64,000 nt of DNA from Candidatus Saccharimonadales bacterium (GCA_041600715.1 JBFIJM010000001.1:673701-737700); one strand, 5' to 3'; shown: positions 42,032 through 52,358, counted from the stretch's first letter. Notes: generated by a model not told the origin, from the sequence alone. Numbers and translations: made by a program.

Positions 42032-45000
42032 GGTGGCTCACTTTAGTAGTTATAATGGCATCAAGTATTGTAGTTTTTCATCCTTCAGAGGTGAATGCTG
42101 CAGTTGATTACGGCATTAGTCCGACTGAACTACCTGCAAGAACAAACGTACCCAATAACGGTTCTATAGTTGACCCACACCAATATATCAATCTTACAGA
42201 TAGTGAAAATTTTGATGACGAACGCGGTGCTTATCTGCCTGTAACTCAGCTAAAAATTTACGACACATCTTCAAGATCTCAAAAATTTTATATGCAGATA
42301 ATAGATCGACGTGCTTCACCTAAGATTTCATGTCAAGGTTATAAAATTAATGTTAGAGTCCTAGAGTTGAACGGGGTAGAGGGGCCGACTGGAAGATCTA
42401 CGCAAAAAGAGTTCAGAGTCCGTAGTTGTGCTAATTTATCGCCTGAAGCAAGGGCTCAACTACAGAATAACGGTAACGAAGCGCCGAGTGAATTCAATAA
42501 TTATCAAACATATGCAAACGGCAACTACTATTTCAGTTTTGATTCGGGGTGGCTTAATCGTTCAAGCGTGCAAGGCCATGAGAATTTATACACAGGACTT
42601 TTATTAGTTAGAATTGTTCCAGATAATTTTGCAGCAAATAACACCACAACCTTCCATATAAACACTAGTACGGGCAGACTTGGTTTCAGTGGGTATCCCG
42701 GTAATGGAGCGTCCTCAAATGAAGCTCAAAATGGGCCTGTAACCATATACCCTTCTTTGTCTGGTTCGTCATCTGGCGGGGGTAGTCCACCCCCACATGT
42801 AATTAGTCAAATGTTTGGAGTGCCATGTGGGGCTAATGGGGGTAGTGATATAAATAATATGGAAGTTTATTGGGTTGACGACGACACAGTAAATGGCAGA
42901 GCTGCGAGTGTGCCACCACAAGATAGGTATAATATGAGTATTAGGGTATATGAGTTCGGAAAGAATGGATTCTTTCTTAGGGATTTTGCGCCTAACATAG
43001 TAAGGTGGAGCGGTTCAAATAGTTGGGGCTCTACATCTAAAGGTCTTTTGAGGTTTAACGCAAAACCAGGATATAAGTATCGTGTAGATTTCCAGAATGT
43101 GCAGGGAGGAAATGGAATTGGGTTGTATTACCCATTCGATTCCTCGGATTTTAACTTAAAATGCCCATCCACAACTCCTGTATCAACACCGGGGTGTGAT
43201 GCCTTTAGGCATACTATGAAAGTCAGTACTCGTTATAAGTTCACTTTCTTTTATAATAATGGGGTTGCTAGTACTGGGGGCCCGCCAGATGGTAGAAATG
43301 TTGCATCTGGAAACAATTGGACATGGAAGACTTTTAACCAACCAGTTGCACATACAGAACAGAGAGACGGCAATGGTACCAATGTATATGAGTTTAATTA
43401 CCCTATTCCAGCAAGAGACTATGTCATATATATAGAAAGATGGGTGAAGCAAGCGAATAACTCATGGACTTACTACGGAGGTACTGACTCGTCACCAGTA
43501 GGGGATTCTGGGAGGTTCGTAGAAGGAAATTGTTATAACGCTACCTGCGAAATATTTGTTCCGGGTAATGTCCCGTTAGGTGGGGCGAATGAAGTTAAGG
43601 CAGGAGAGGAGTTTGACGTAGTTGCGAGGATACGTAACAATGGTCGCGCACCACTGAACGCGGAATTTAAGGATACTGGGTACGAGTTGTCGGCTACGCT
43701 TGCGCTTGATGGCAAATGGAATGCACCTAATGGTGATTCGTCTGGTAATCTTGCGCCTACAAGAATAGGCGAGGACATACCTTCTGGGCAGTTTAGAGAG
43801 GCTTACTTTACATTAAATGCTCCTAACGATAGAGATAGCCATATAATAACCATGTACCCTGATTATTGGGGACTGCAAGGTCTAGGGCCTGCCTGTCCTG
43901 CCACTGTTAGCACATTCCAACCATACAAATTTGACGCATCAGTCGATACATCATATGACGATCCTGAGAATCCCGTGGATGTAACTTTGCGTAGCACAAT
44001 TACCAAGGCTGGGGTAGTAGATGTTGATAGTGAAGTAACAAGAAATTTCTACCGTAAGCGTGCTGGTAGCTTTGGTAGTATACCTGGCTATAATGGGTCA
44101 GTCTTACCAAATCCACAAACACGAGCATTCATGAACTTTACCTTTGATGATGTATATACAGTAGTGGGACCGAATGTACGTGATGACTCGTATTGTGTAT
44201 ATATAAAACTAGAACGTGGAGAGGGATGGAGGGGTCCCGGAGATTTGTATAGAAATGCACGAGCAACCGAAAAGCATAATTGTGCTCCTGATCTACCGTG
44301 TCCTCCTGGAGATACAACCTGCACCACTCCACCAGTAGTTGAAGATCGTCCATATCTTAGAAACTATGGCGCTGATGTGGCTGTGGGAGGCGGTTTTGAG
44401 GGCGTAAATTGCAGTAGGAATAATGCTGGCATTAAGACATTTACGAATCCGATAGCCCGGCAGATACCGGCTACTGCACCGGTTTCTGATGAACGTAAGA
44501 ATAAAAGTGGCTCAGGTGCTCAACTGGCTACATTGGCACTTGGCGATATAACTGGATTTACATCGGCCTCGATACGGGAAGAGTCGCCTTTCTTACCAAA
44601 TGGGCTCACTTTTGCCAACAACCCTCCCGGTTCTGTAGACGCAAATAATAGTCGAGCGTTTATGGGAGGCAGGATGTCTGGTGACGGCTGGTGTGCGCCT
44701 AACTATTTTGACAGCACACAGTTCCTTGACGGTGATCCGTCCAAGTCTACGAGTACAAGCAATAGTATTAATATTGCTAGTGGATCTGTAGGCACCAATA
44801 AACAAACCGTGATCACTCCACCGAGTAGGGTTACTCTTACTAATACGGGCGCCCAGTACAATAAGCGTCATACCGTATACGTCGATGGTGATGTGTACAT
44901 CGAAAACGACATAAAGTACACAACTTCATGGGCAAGCGTGAGTGAGATTCCTAACTTCACATTGGTTGTTCGGGGCAATATCTATATTAGTCATAATGTC

Positions 45001-45360
45001 AGCCAGCTAGATGGTTTATATATAGCACAGCCAAAGAATGGAGCTGGCGGTAATATTTATACTTGTTCGATTGGAGGTACTGCTCCAGTATCCTCAGTAA
45101 TGTTCGCTAACTGTGGCGCATCAGAAGAGGGCAGGCAATTGACTGTAAATGGGTCATTTATTGCGCAACGGATAGTCCTTAACCGTACCGGCTTTTCTTT
45201 GAGGCACTCAACCTATAAAGAAAAATTTGATACTAGTCGTGCCTCCGAGATATTTAACTTTAGCCCAGAACTTTATTTGTCACCGCCAGTATTTAAATCT
45301 AAAAGTAGCCCAACAAGTGGTACTTACCAGTCGATTACGACGCTTGCACCAATTTTGTAA
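42028..45360 (+). CDS. large secreted protein (1110 aa) with a CARDB-like segment
   Basis: Signal peptide (MRWLTLVVIMASSIVVFHPSEVNA-AV), many Cys pairs and a CARDB-like stretch (GANEVKAGEEFDVVARIRNNGRAPLNAEF). No sortase or TM anchor is present. Confidence 0.75.
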   Translation: MRWLTLVVIMASSIVVFHPSEVNAAVDYGISPTELPARTNVPNNGSIVDPHQYINLTDSENFDDERGAYLPVTQLKIYDTSSRSQKFYMQIIDRRASPKISCQGYKINVRVLELNGVEGPTGRSTQKEFRVRSCANLSPEARAQLQNNGNEAPSEFNNYQTYANGNYYFSFDSGWLNRSSVQGHENLYTGLLLVRIVPDNFAANNTTTFHINTSTGRLGFSGYPGNGASSNEAQNGPVTIYPSLSGSSSGGGSPPPHVISQMFGVPCGANGGSDINNMEVYWVDDDTVNGRAASVPPQDRYNMSIRVYEFGKNGFFLRDFAPNIVRWSGSNSWGSTSKGLLRFNAKPGYKYRVDFQNVQGGNGIGLYYPFDSSDFNLKCPSTTPVSTPGCDAFRHTMKVSTRYKFTFFYNNGVASTGGPPDGRNVASGNNWTWKTFNQPVAHTEQRDGNGTNVYEFNYPIPARDYVIYIERWVKQANNSWTYYGGTDSSPVGDSGRFVEGNCYNATCEIFVPGNVPLGGANEVKAGEEFDVVARIRNNGRAPLNAEFKDTGYELSATLALDGKWNAPNGDSSGNLAPTRIGEDIPSGQFREAYFTLNAPNDRDSHIITMYPDYWGLQGLGPACPATVSTFQPYKFDASVDTSYDDPENPVDVTLRSTITKAGVVDVDSEVTRNFYRKRAGSFGSIPGYNGSVLPNPQTRAFMNFTFDDVYTVVGPNVRDDSYCVYIKLERGEGWRGPGDLYRNARATEKHNCAPDLPCPPGDTTCTTPPVVEDRPYLRNYGADVAVGGGFEGVNCSRNNAGIKTFTNPIARQIPATAPVSDERKNKSGSGAQLATLALGDITGFTSASIREESPFLPNGLTFANNPPGSVDANNSRAFMGGRMSGDGWCAPNYFDSTQFLDGDPSKSTSTSNSINIASGSVGTNKQTVITPPSRVTLTNTGAQYNKRHTVYVDGDVYIENDIKYTTSWASVSEIPNFTLVVRGNIYISHNVSQLDGLYIAQPKNGAGGNIYTCSIGGTAPVSSVMFANCGASEEGRQLTVNGSFIAQRIVLNRTGFSLRHSTYKEKFDTSRASEIFNFSPELYLSPPVFKSKSSPTSGTYQSITTLAPIL

Positions 45361-45386
45361 AATAGCTTTTCATCATAAATGCTTAT

Positions 45387-45394
45387 GCTATACT
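45387..45394 (+). promoter_or_regulatory. extended -10 element TGCTATACT upstream of pilM
   Basis: The 13-mer CTTATGCTATACT (45382-45394) recurs exactly at 53783-53795, upstream of the minor-pilin genes. Confidence 0.45.
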
Positions 45395-45482
45395 AATCTT
45401 AAGACGCTTTACTCTAGTAATAGCGGTGGGCACTAGAATATGACTAACAGCAAACAAGATTTATCAAAGGAACAACACTAGC

Positions 45483-46526
45483 ATGGGTTTGCTGAGTGGT
45501 GTAAATGAGTTTTTTGGTCTCGATATCGGCACGTCGTCTATTCGGGTTGTTCAGCTTACTAATAATCCAACAGGGCCCAGACAGTTACTCCGATATGCCA
45601 TGGCCCCAATTGACGGTAAACTGACCCAATCAGACGCAAAAGCCGACCAACTAAAAGTTGCAGAAAAACTAAAAGAAATTTTATCTCAGGCGCAGATTTC
45701 CACAAAAAACGTAGCTGTTGGGATTCCGTCATCTAGAGTATTCACTACTGTAGTTGATATCGAGAGACTTGGTCATGATGAGCTTGCAAAGACGATTAAG
45801 TTCCAGGCAGATTCATTAATACCAACCCCAGTAGCAGAATCCAAAATCGACTGGGCACAGATAGGTGACTCTCCAAAAGACCCTAATAAAGTAGAGGTTT
45901 TATTGTCTAGCGTGCCAAATGGCTTTGCAGAATCTCGTCTTGACCTATTGGAATCTATCGGTCTCAATGTTATTGCTTTTGAGCCTGACAACTTGGCAAT
46001 GACACGTTCAATCCTGGCTCCAGAAAGTACTGAAGCTCAAATGGTTCTCGATATCGGCAGTAAAAGCACAGATATAGTTATAACGATGGGTGGCTTGCCA
46101 AGACTTACTCGTGCTGTTCCTACTGGGTCCGAGGCAATTGTTAAGTCGGCAATCCAAAACCTTAATGTTGACGAGAAACAGGCTCAAGAGTTTGTCTTTA
46201 AGTTTGGTTTGAGCCAGCAAAAGCTAGAGGGTCAGGTACATAACGCTATTATTGGTACGGTTGATCTATTGTTAACAGATATAGAAAAATCCATTAAGTT
46301 CTTCTTGGCCAGATATAATAATACTAAGATAGAACGGATTGTAATGACTGGTGGGGCGTCTGCCTTACCGGAGTTTCCTCTGTATATCGCTAATAAGTTT
46401 GGCATTAATGTAGAGATAGGTAACGCCTGGCGAAATGTAACATTTAGCGCAGAGCGACAAAATGAGTTAATGGCTGTGTCTAACCACTTTGGTGTAGCAG
46501 TTGGTCTTGCGGAGCGTAGAGAATGA
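45483..46526 (+). CDS. pilM: type IV pilus assembly protein PilM
   Basis: Actin-like ATPase fold. FGLDIGTSSIRVVQL is at the N-terminus and TGGASALPEF near the C-terminus. Confidence 0.9.
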   Translation: MGLLSGVNEFFGLDIGTSSIRVVQLTNNPTGPRQLLRYAMAPIDGKLTQSDAKADQLKVAEKLKEILSQAQISTKNVAVGIPSSRVFTTVVDIERLGHDELAKTIKFQADSLIPTPVAESKIDWAQIGDSPKDPNKVEVLLSSVPNGFAESRLDLLESIGLNVIAFEPDNLAMTRSILAPESTEAQMVLDIGSKSTDIVITMGGLPRLTRAVPTGSEAIVKSAIQNLNVDEKQAQEFVFKFGLSQQKLEGQVHNAIIGTVDLLLTDIEKSIKFFLARYNNTKIERIVMTGGASALPEFPLYIANKFGINVEIGNAWRNVTFSAERQNELMAVSNHFGVAVGLAERRE

Positions 46527-47257
46527 TTCAGTTCAACCTACTACCAGATGTAAAAATACAATATTTGCGAGCAACGTACCGTAAAAGGGTGATTGTCTTT
46601 ATATCAGTTGTGGCATCGATAGCATTTTTGCTAATTTTTGTATTGCTGTTTTTATTTGTGAGGGTCAATCAGCCCGGACACATAAAGAATCTTGATAAAG
46701 ATATTAACTCGGAAGTCTCGACTTTGCAGGCAGTTCCAGATTTAGATCGAATATTAACAATACAGAATCAGCTTAATACCTTACCGGGTCTACATGAAAA
46801 CAAGGTGTTTAGCTCACGGCTATTTGAATATCTCGCTCAGTTAACTCCGCAATCGGCTAGTATTACCAACGCAGATGTGGATTTAGAAGCGTTTACAATT
46901 AGTCTCAAGGGTGAGGCAGATACTTTAGCTACTGTTAATAAGTACGTAGACACTATAAAGTTTACTGAATTTACTGTTGAGGGCGAGGAATCACAGCCGG
47001 CTAAGGCATTTAGTGCAGTCGTGCTTCAGAGTTTTAGCGTAGCAGCGGAAGGCTCATCTGGTGTTACATACCAAATAGACTTTACGTACGAGCCAAAGAT
47101 ATTCGCAAACTCCGCTAAAAAAGGTGAACCAACAGCAAATGCTGTGAAACTTAATGTTCCTAAGATTGTTACCACAAGATCAGAGACTCAGAAACCAGAA
47201 GGTTTATTTAGAGAAAGCACCACTCCAGCACCCGTAACACCAGGAGGGAACCAATAG
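46523..47257 (+). CDS. pilN: PilN-like pilus assembly protein
   Basis: MIQFNLLPD start, a single TM helix and coupling to pilM by a 4-nt overlap. Confidence 0.75.
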   Translation: MIQFNLLPDVKIQYLRATYRKRVIVFISVVASIAFLLIFVLLFLFVRVNQPGHIKNLDKDINSEVSTLQAVPDLDRILTIQNQLNTLPGLHENKVFSSRLFEYLAQLTPQSASITNADVDLEAFTISLKGEADTLATVNKYVDTIKFTEFTVEGEESQPAKAFSAVVLQSFSVAAEGSSGVTYQIDFTYEPKIFANSAKKGEPTANAVKLNVPKIVTTRSETQKPEGLFRESTTPAPVTPGGNQ

Positions 47258-47259
47258 CC

Positions 47260-47940
47260 ATGGCCAGAGCTCAGCTACACATCTCTGCTAAGAAAATTGC
47301 AATAGACAAAGCCAATACAACAGTAGTAGTCGCGGTTGGGATTGCTGTTTTTGTAGTAGTCTTCAGCCTTGTCGCTTCGCGGGCGCTATTAAACCAGAGG
47401 TCCTATCAATCAAGAGTTATAACAGCTAAGCAAGAAACCCTTAATCAACTAAAGAAAAACGTCCAGGAAGTAGAGGGTCTTACGGCATCGTATAAAGAGT
47501 TCGAAGACTCTAGCCAAAATGTCCTCGGCGGATCAGCTAAGGGCACAGCAGACCTTGATGGCCCTAACTCTAGGATTGTGCTTGATGCACTACCAAGTAA
47601 ATATGACTTCCCGGCACTTACAACTAGTATTGATAAGTTGGTATCCGGTAATGGATTTCAGCTTTCTAGTATTTCTGGTACCGATGATGAAATAAACCAG
47701 ACACAAAACGGCACTTCTGCAACGCCTGCATCTGTAGATATGCCTTTTAATCTAGAAGCAACTGTCAGCTCGACAGAAGCAAAAAGGTTTATGGAGCTGT
47801 TTGAGCGGTCTATTCGTCCTGTCCAGATCCAAAAGCTCTCAATTGCCGGACAAGACTCTCAGTTAAAGGTGAGTATTACAGCCAAGACCTACTTCCAGCC
47901 AGGCAAAAACCTAAACCTAAGGGATGAGGTAGTGAAATGA
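47260..47940 (+). CDS. PilO-like pilus assembly protein
   Basis: TM helix, then a coiled coil (KQETLNQLKKNVQEVEGL), then an alpha/beta domain. The gene is in the PilO position. Confidence 0.6.
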   Translation: MARAQLHISAKKIAIDKANTTVVVAVGIAVFVVVFSLVASRALLNQRSYQSRVITAKQETLNQLKKNVQEVEGLTASYKEFEDSSQNVLGGSAKGTADLDGPNSRIVLDALPSKYDFPALTTSIDKLVSGNGFQLSSISGTDDEINQTQNGTSATPASVDMPFNLEATVSSTEAKRFMELFERSIRPVQIQKLSIAGQDSQLKVSITAKTYFQPGKNLNLRDEVVK

Positions 47941-48173
47941 AACAAAGTGATGTTTTGATGATTGCAGTAATAGGCATTTTTGCAGGTGTATTCTCGTTAG
48001 TGCTTAGTAGTGTCATGTTTAGTTCTGATGGTAAAAAAGAGTTAACTGCACAAAAAGTCGACGCGATTAATGCTAACTTCCAGACTCCAGATGAGCGTTA
48101 TTTTAATCCGAAGAGTATTAATCCGACACAGCTTATCCAAATTGGCGACAATAATAACGCACAGCCGTTTTGA
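47937..48173 (+). CDS. hypothetical small membrane protein (78 aa) within the pilus operon
   Basis: A 4-nt overlap with the pilO-like gene. One TM helix (VLMIAVIGIFAGVFSLVLSSVMF). Confidence 0.5.
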   Translation: MKQSDVLMIAVIGIFAGVFSLVLSSVMFSSDGKKELTAQKVDAINANFQTPDERYFNPKSINPTQLIQIGDNNNAQPF

Positions 48174-48199
48174 GCTGGGGACCAAGGGTAAGGTCCTAA

Positions 48200-49999
48200 A
48201 TGAGTGTATTATCAGCATCTAACCAGAAACAGGTAGAAGATACTCTAGTTGCTGAAAAACAGATTACTCGTGCTGAGTTAGAACGATTAAAACAAGAAGC
48301 AGAAAAGACTACTAAGCCTTTCTTTGAGTTACTTGTCATGGAAGGCCATGTTTCTAACGAAGTCCTGACTAAGACAATAGCTCAGATAAACCGCGTTCCA
48401 TACGTTAATTTATTAGATGCACGTATTGAGCGTGATGTCCTGAGACTACTTTCTAAGGAAGTAGCAGAGCGTTACATGGCCGTACCATTAGGGCAGATCC
48501 AGAATAAACTAGTCGTAGCCATGCTAGACGCTGATAATGTTCAGGCGGTGGACTTCTTATCAAATAGGATTGGTCGACCATTAAAGGTTTATACGGCCAG
48601 CGAAGAGGGTATACGACGTATACTTAAGCAATACGACGAAGATGTAGAAGCCGATGTTCAGAAGGCCATTGGTGTTAAAGTTCAGACCGGAGCCGAGCAA
48701 GCAGTTATCGTGCAAGAGCCGATAATCGATGCGAATTCTAACATTAAGACAATTGTTCAGGACTCGCCCATAAGCAAGGCATTGTCGACTATTTTGGAGT
48801 ATGCAGCGAAGAACAAAGCTAGTGATATTCATATAGAACCACTAGAAAAAGAGCTAAAAATTCGTTGTCGTGTCGATGGTGTACTGAGAGAAATTATGAA
48901 GTTGCCAAAGTCTACAGAACCACCGCTAATTTCGCGTATTAAGATTTTGAGTAATCTAAAAATAGACGAACACCGCATCCCTCAAGACGGTCAGTTTACT
49001 GTATTAGTCGATAAAAAAGCGATCGACCTTCGTATTGCAATCAGCCCGGTAGTTTGGGGCGAGCAAGTAGTTATTCGTCTGCTAGATAAAAGCGGTACAG
49101 CCCTAAAACTAGAAGACATGGGTTATCATGGGCGCGCTCTCAGAACAATCAGAAAAGGCCTAGAAAGTAGCAACGGAATGATCCTGACCTCTGGTCCGAC
49201 TGGCTCAGGTAAATCAACGTCGTTATATGCGCTACTCCAAGAGATCAAGAGCGATACTATTAACATCGTAACCCTAGAAGACCCGGTAGAGTACAAAATG
49301 GATGGCATAAACCAAATTCAGGTTAATGCAGAGGTTGGCTTAACTTTTGCATCAGGTCTTCGGTCTATCTTGCGTCAAGATCCTGACGTCGTGATGGTGG
49401 GGGAGATCCGTGATAAAGAGACTGCTCAATTGGCTGTGCAGGCTGCGCTAACCGGGCACTTAGTCTTTAGCACACTGCATACCAACTCCGCTTCTGGTAT
49501 TCTTCCTCGTCTGCTCGATATGGGGATAGAGCCTTTTCTTATTGCTTCTACGGTAAGGACAGTTATTGGCCAGAGGTTGGTAAGGCGAATATCCGATAAC
49601 AAAGAATCATACACTGCTGACGCTAGTGAAAAGCAGGCAATTGTCCAGAATATTGGTCATCTTTTGCCAACCGCAGAGGATCAGAGAGCATCGTTTGCGG
49701 AGGATCTAGGGTACGAAAGCTTGCCACTTGCCAATGAAAACGCTTATACTTTATACAAAGGTAAAGATAGTCATGAAACACCAGGTGGGTATAAAGGTAG
49801 AATGGGGCTCTATGAGACGTTTGAGGTTGATGAAATGATACAGCAACTAATCTTAAAACGGGCGACAAGTAGCGAGATCCAGAGAGCTGCTCAAGAGAGA
49901 GGCATGATAAATATGCGTCAGGATGGCTATCTTAAAGCACTGGCAGGCTATACAACGATCGATGAAATTAACCGTGTTGCAGCAACGGACAACGCATAA
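48200..49999 (+). CDS. pilB: type IV pilus extension ATPase PilB (GspE family)
   Basis: T2SE N-terminal domain, Walker A (GPTGSGKST), Asp box, Walker B (VMVGEIRD) and His box (GHLVFSTLHTN). Confidence 0.95.
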   Translation: MSVLSASNQKQVEDTLVAEKQITRAELERLKQEAEKTTKPFFELLVMEGHVSNEVLTKTIAQINRVPYVNLLDARIERDVLRLLSKEVAERYMAVPLGQIQNKLVVAMLDADNVQAVDFLSNRIGRPLKVYTASEEGIRRILKQYDEDVEADVQKAIGVKVQTGAEQAVIVQEPIIDANSNIKTIVQDSPISKALSTILEYAAKNKASDIHIEPLEKELKIRCRVDGVLREIMKLPKSTEPPLISRIKILSNLKIDEHRIPQDGQFTVLVDKKAIDLRIAISPVVWGEQVVIRLLDKSGTALKLEDMGYHGRALRTIRKGLESSNGMILTSGPTGSGKSTSLYALLQEIKSDTINIVTLEDPVEYKMDGINQIQVNAEVGLTFASGLRSILRQDPDVVMVGEIRDKETAQLAVQAALTGHLVFSTLHTNSASGILPRLLDMGIEPFLIASTVRTVIGQRLVRRISDNKESYTADASEKQAIVQNIGHLLPTAEDQRASFAEDLGYESLPLANENAYTLYKGKDSHETPGGYKGRMGLYETFEVDEMIQQLILKRATSSEIQRAAQERGMINMRQDGYLKALAGYTTIDEINRVAATDNA

Positions 50000-50014
50000 G
50001 TGAGGGGGTGAGAC

Positions 50015-51082
50015 ATGTCAGCTAATATACGGATAGAACTTTTACTAGAAGAAGTCATAAAGAAGAAGGCTTCTGACCTTCATTTGCAGGTTGGGCTTGC
50101 CCCGATCTTGCGTGTAGACGGAGCCTTGGCCCCAATCCAGAACTCGACTGTCTTGACAGAAGAGATGGTAGAATCGCTTATATTCTCTATTCTTGATGAT
50201 GAGCAAAAGCAGATACTACTAAAAGATAAAGAGTTTGACTTTAGCTTTGCCTTTGGCGACCTTGGCCGTTTCCGTGTTAATGCGTTCCATGAGCGTGGCA
50301 ACCTCGCTGCGGCGCTTCGACTGATCCCTAACGAACTACTTAGCACCGAGCAACTTGGTCTGCCAAAAGTGGTCGAGTCATTTGCTAACTACCCCCGAGG
50401 GCTAGTACTAGTAACGGGACCGACAGGTTCTGGAAAGTCCACAACCCTAGCTGCGCTAGTGGACAAGATCAACACCGAAAAAGCCACACATATTGTAACC
50501 ATAGAAGATCCAATTGAGTTTACTCATAAGAGTAAAAAGTCTGTAATCGTTCAGCGTGAAGTTCACTATGATACATATTCATTCTCCGCAGCGCTTCGTA
50601 GTAGCTTAAGACAAGATCCAGACGTTGTTTTACTGGGAGAGATGCGCGACCTTGAGACGATCGCAGCTGCTATTACCATCGCAGAAACAGGGCACTTAGT
50701 CTTTGCGACTCTTCACACAAACTCCGCTGCTCAGAGTATCGACCGTATGATTGATGTTTTCCCACCACATCAACAGCCACAGATACGTGCACAACTTAGC
50801 AATATATTGATGGGTATTTGCGCCCAACGACTTATCCCCACTATTGGTGGTGGGCGAGTAGCAGCCGCTGAGGTTTTGGTGGCCACTCCAGCTGTCCGCA
50901 ATATTATTAGAGAAGGCAAAAGTCACCAACTAGATGCTGTAATTCAAACTGGTGCTGAATTTGGAATGCAATCTATGGACAAGACGCTTGCTTCACTTAT
51001 CCATGCCGGATCTATTACTTATGATGAAGCCCGCAACTTTGCTGTTGATCCAGACGAACTAGATAGATTGATGAGGAGCTAA
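50015..51082 (+). CDS. pilT: twitching-motility retraction ATPase PilT
   Basis: A 355-aa protein with GPTGSGKST, GHLVFATLHTNSA and the PilT signature AVRNIIREGK. Confidence 0.95.
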   Translation: MSANIRIELLLEEVIKKKASDLHLQVGLAPILRVDGALAPIQNSTVLTEEMVESLIFSILDDEQKQILLKDKEFDFSFAFGDLGRFRVNAFHERGNLAAALRLIPNELLSTEQLGLPKVVESFANYPRGLVLVTGPTGSGKSTTLAALVDKINTEKATHIVTIEDPIEFTHKSKKSVIVQREVHYDTYSFSAALRSSLRQDPDVVLLGEMRDLETIAAAITIAETGHLVFATLHTNSAAQSIDRMIDVFPPHQQPQIRAQLSNILMGICAQRLIPTIGGGRVAAAEVLVATPAVRNIIREGKSHQLDAVIQTGAEFGMQSMDKTLASLIHAGSITYDEARNFAVDPDELDRLMRS

Positions 51083-51091
51083 TACTAAGCC

Positions 51092-52315
51092 ATGCTGACT
51101 TTTAGTTACGAAGCAAGAGACCCTGCAACCGGCCAGAAGGTTAAGGCCGAAGTCCAGGCAGATAGCGAGTCCGCGGCAGCGCGCCTAATTCAGGAGCAAG
51201 GACTAGCTCCGCTAGAGATTAAGCCTGTAGGGGTCAGTAACTCAGGAGCATTTCTAAGTAGGATAAAAAACCGGATCAAAACCAAGGAAAAGATTGTTTT
51301 TTCTCGGCAACTTTCTACGCTAATTAATGCTGGCTTACCTCTTGTTCAGAGCTTGCGCAGTGTCAACGACCAGACAGAGAACAAGGCTTTCCGAGTGGTG
51401 ATCAACAAAATTATCTCTGATGTTGAAGGGGGGAGTGCCCTTAGTGTTGCGCTCGCTAAGCATCCCAGGGTCTTTAATAATATTTACGTAAACTTAGTCG
51501 CAGCGGGCGAAGTTTCCGGGAACTTAGACAAAGCTCTAGAGCGTATAGCCTTTCAACAAGAAAAAGACGCCGAAATTACCGCAAAAATTCGTGGCGCGAT
51601 GGCTTACCCTGCGATTGTGATTTTTGTTATGTTGGGTGTTGTTGGGTTTATGATAGTTAAGGTATTGCCTCAGGTAGAGACAATATACAAGGATATGCCG
51701 GGAGCACAGCTACCTCTTATAACCAGGATACTGCTGGCCATATCTAACTTTACTATTCAGTATTGGTGGGTGGTACTTGGCGCTTTGGTCATACTAGGCT
51801 TTGCCACTTCTCGTTATGCTAGAACTGGCCCAGGTAAAGAAGTTATAGATAAAATCAAGATGAGTGCTTGGCCGTTTGGTCCGTTATTTATGAAGGTTTA
51901 CATGGCACGGTTTGCTCGTACGGCTACCACCTTGGTATCTAGCGGTGTGCCACTCATCCAAATGCTAGAAGTAGTAGCTCAGTCTATAAATAATGTCCAC
52001 GTGGAACGTTCTCTTAATAACGCCATCGAAAAGGTAAAAGGTGGAAAGTCACTAGCTGACTCTGTGCAAGGCGACCCTAACTTCTTGGTACTTGTACCTA
52101 ATATGCTAAGGATTGGTGAAGAGTCTGGATCGTTAGAGGACATGCTAGCAAAAACAGCCGATTACTATGAAAAAGAAGTGGATAACCAGATAAAAACCAT
52201 CAGTACTATCATTGAGCCACTGCTTATGGTGATTCTTGGAGTGGTTGCCTTTACGGTGGTCGCAGCGGTGCTTCTGCCTATATATGGTCTTGCTGGCCAA
52301 GACGTAATTCGGTAG
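51092..52315 (+). CDS. pilC: type IV pilus platform protein PilC (T2SS-F family)
   Basis: Two T2SSF repeats (FSRQLSTLINAGLPLVQSL and FARTATTLVSSGVPLIQML) and three TM segments. Confidence 0.9.
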   Translation: MLTFSYEARDPATGQKVKAEVQADSESAAARLIQEQGLAPLEIKPVGVSNSGAFLSRIKNRIKTKEKIVFSRQLSTLINAGLPLVQSLRSVNDQTENKAFRVVINKIISDVEGGSALSVALAKHPRVFNNIYVNLVAAGEVSGNLDKALERIAFQQEKDAEITAKIRGAMAYPAIVIFVMLGVVGFMIVKVLPQVETIYKDMPGAQLPLITRILLAISNFTIQYWWVVLGALVILGFATSRYARTGPGKEVIDKIKMSAWPFGPLFMKVYMARFARTATTLVSSGVPLIQMLEVVAQSINNVHVERSLNNAIEKVKGGKSLADSVQGDPNFLVLVPNMLRIGEESGSLEDMLAKTADYYEKEVDNQIKTISTIIEPLLMVILGVVAFTVVAAVLLPIYGLAGQDVIR

Positions 52316-52329
52316 TAGCAATAAATCTA

Positions 52330-52358
52330 TTGCAAGCATGAGCATTATGGATTATATT
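52330..52358 (+). promoter_or_regulatory. promoter TTGCAA-N17-TATATT for the major pilin gene
   Basis: The -35 is at 52330-52335 and the -10 at 52353-52358. A GCAATA-N4-TATTGC palindrome overlaps the -35. Confidence 0.55.
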
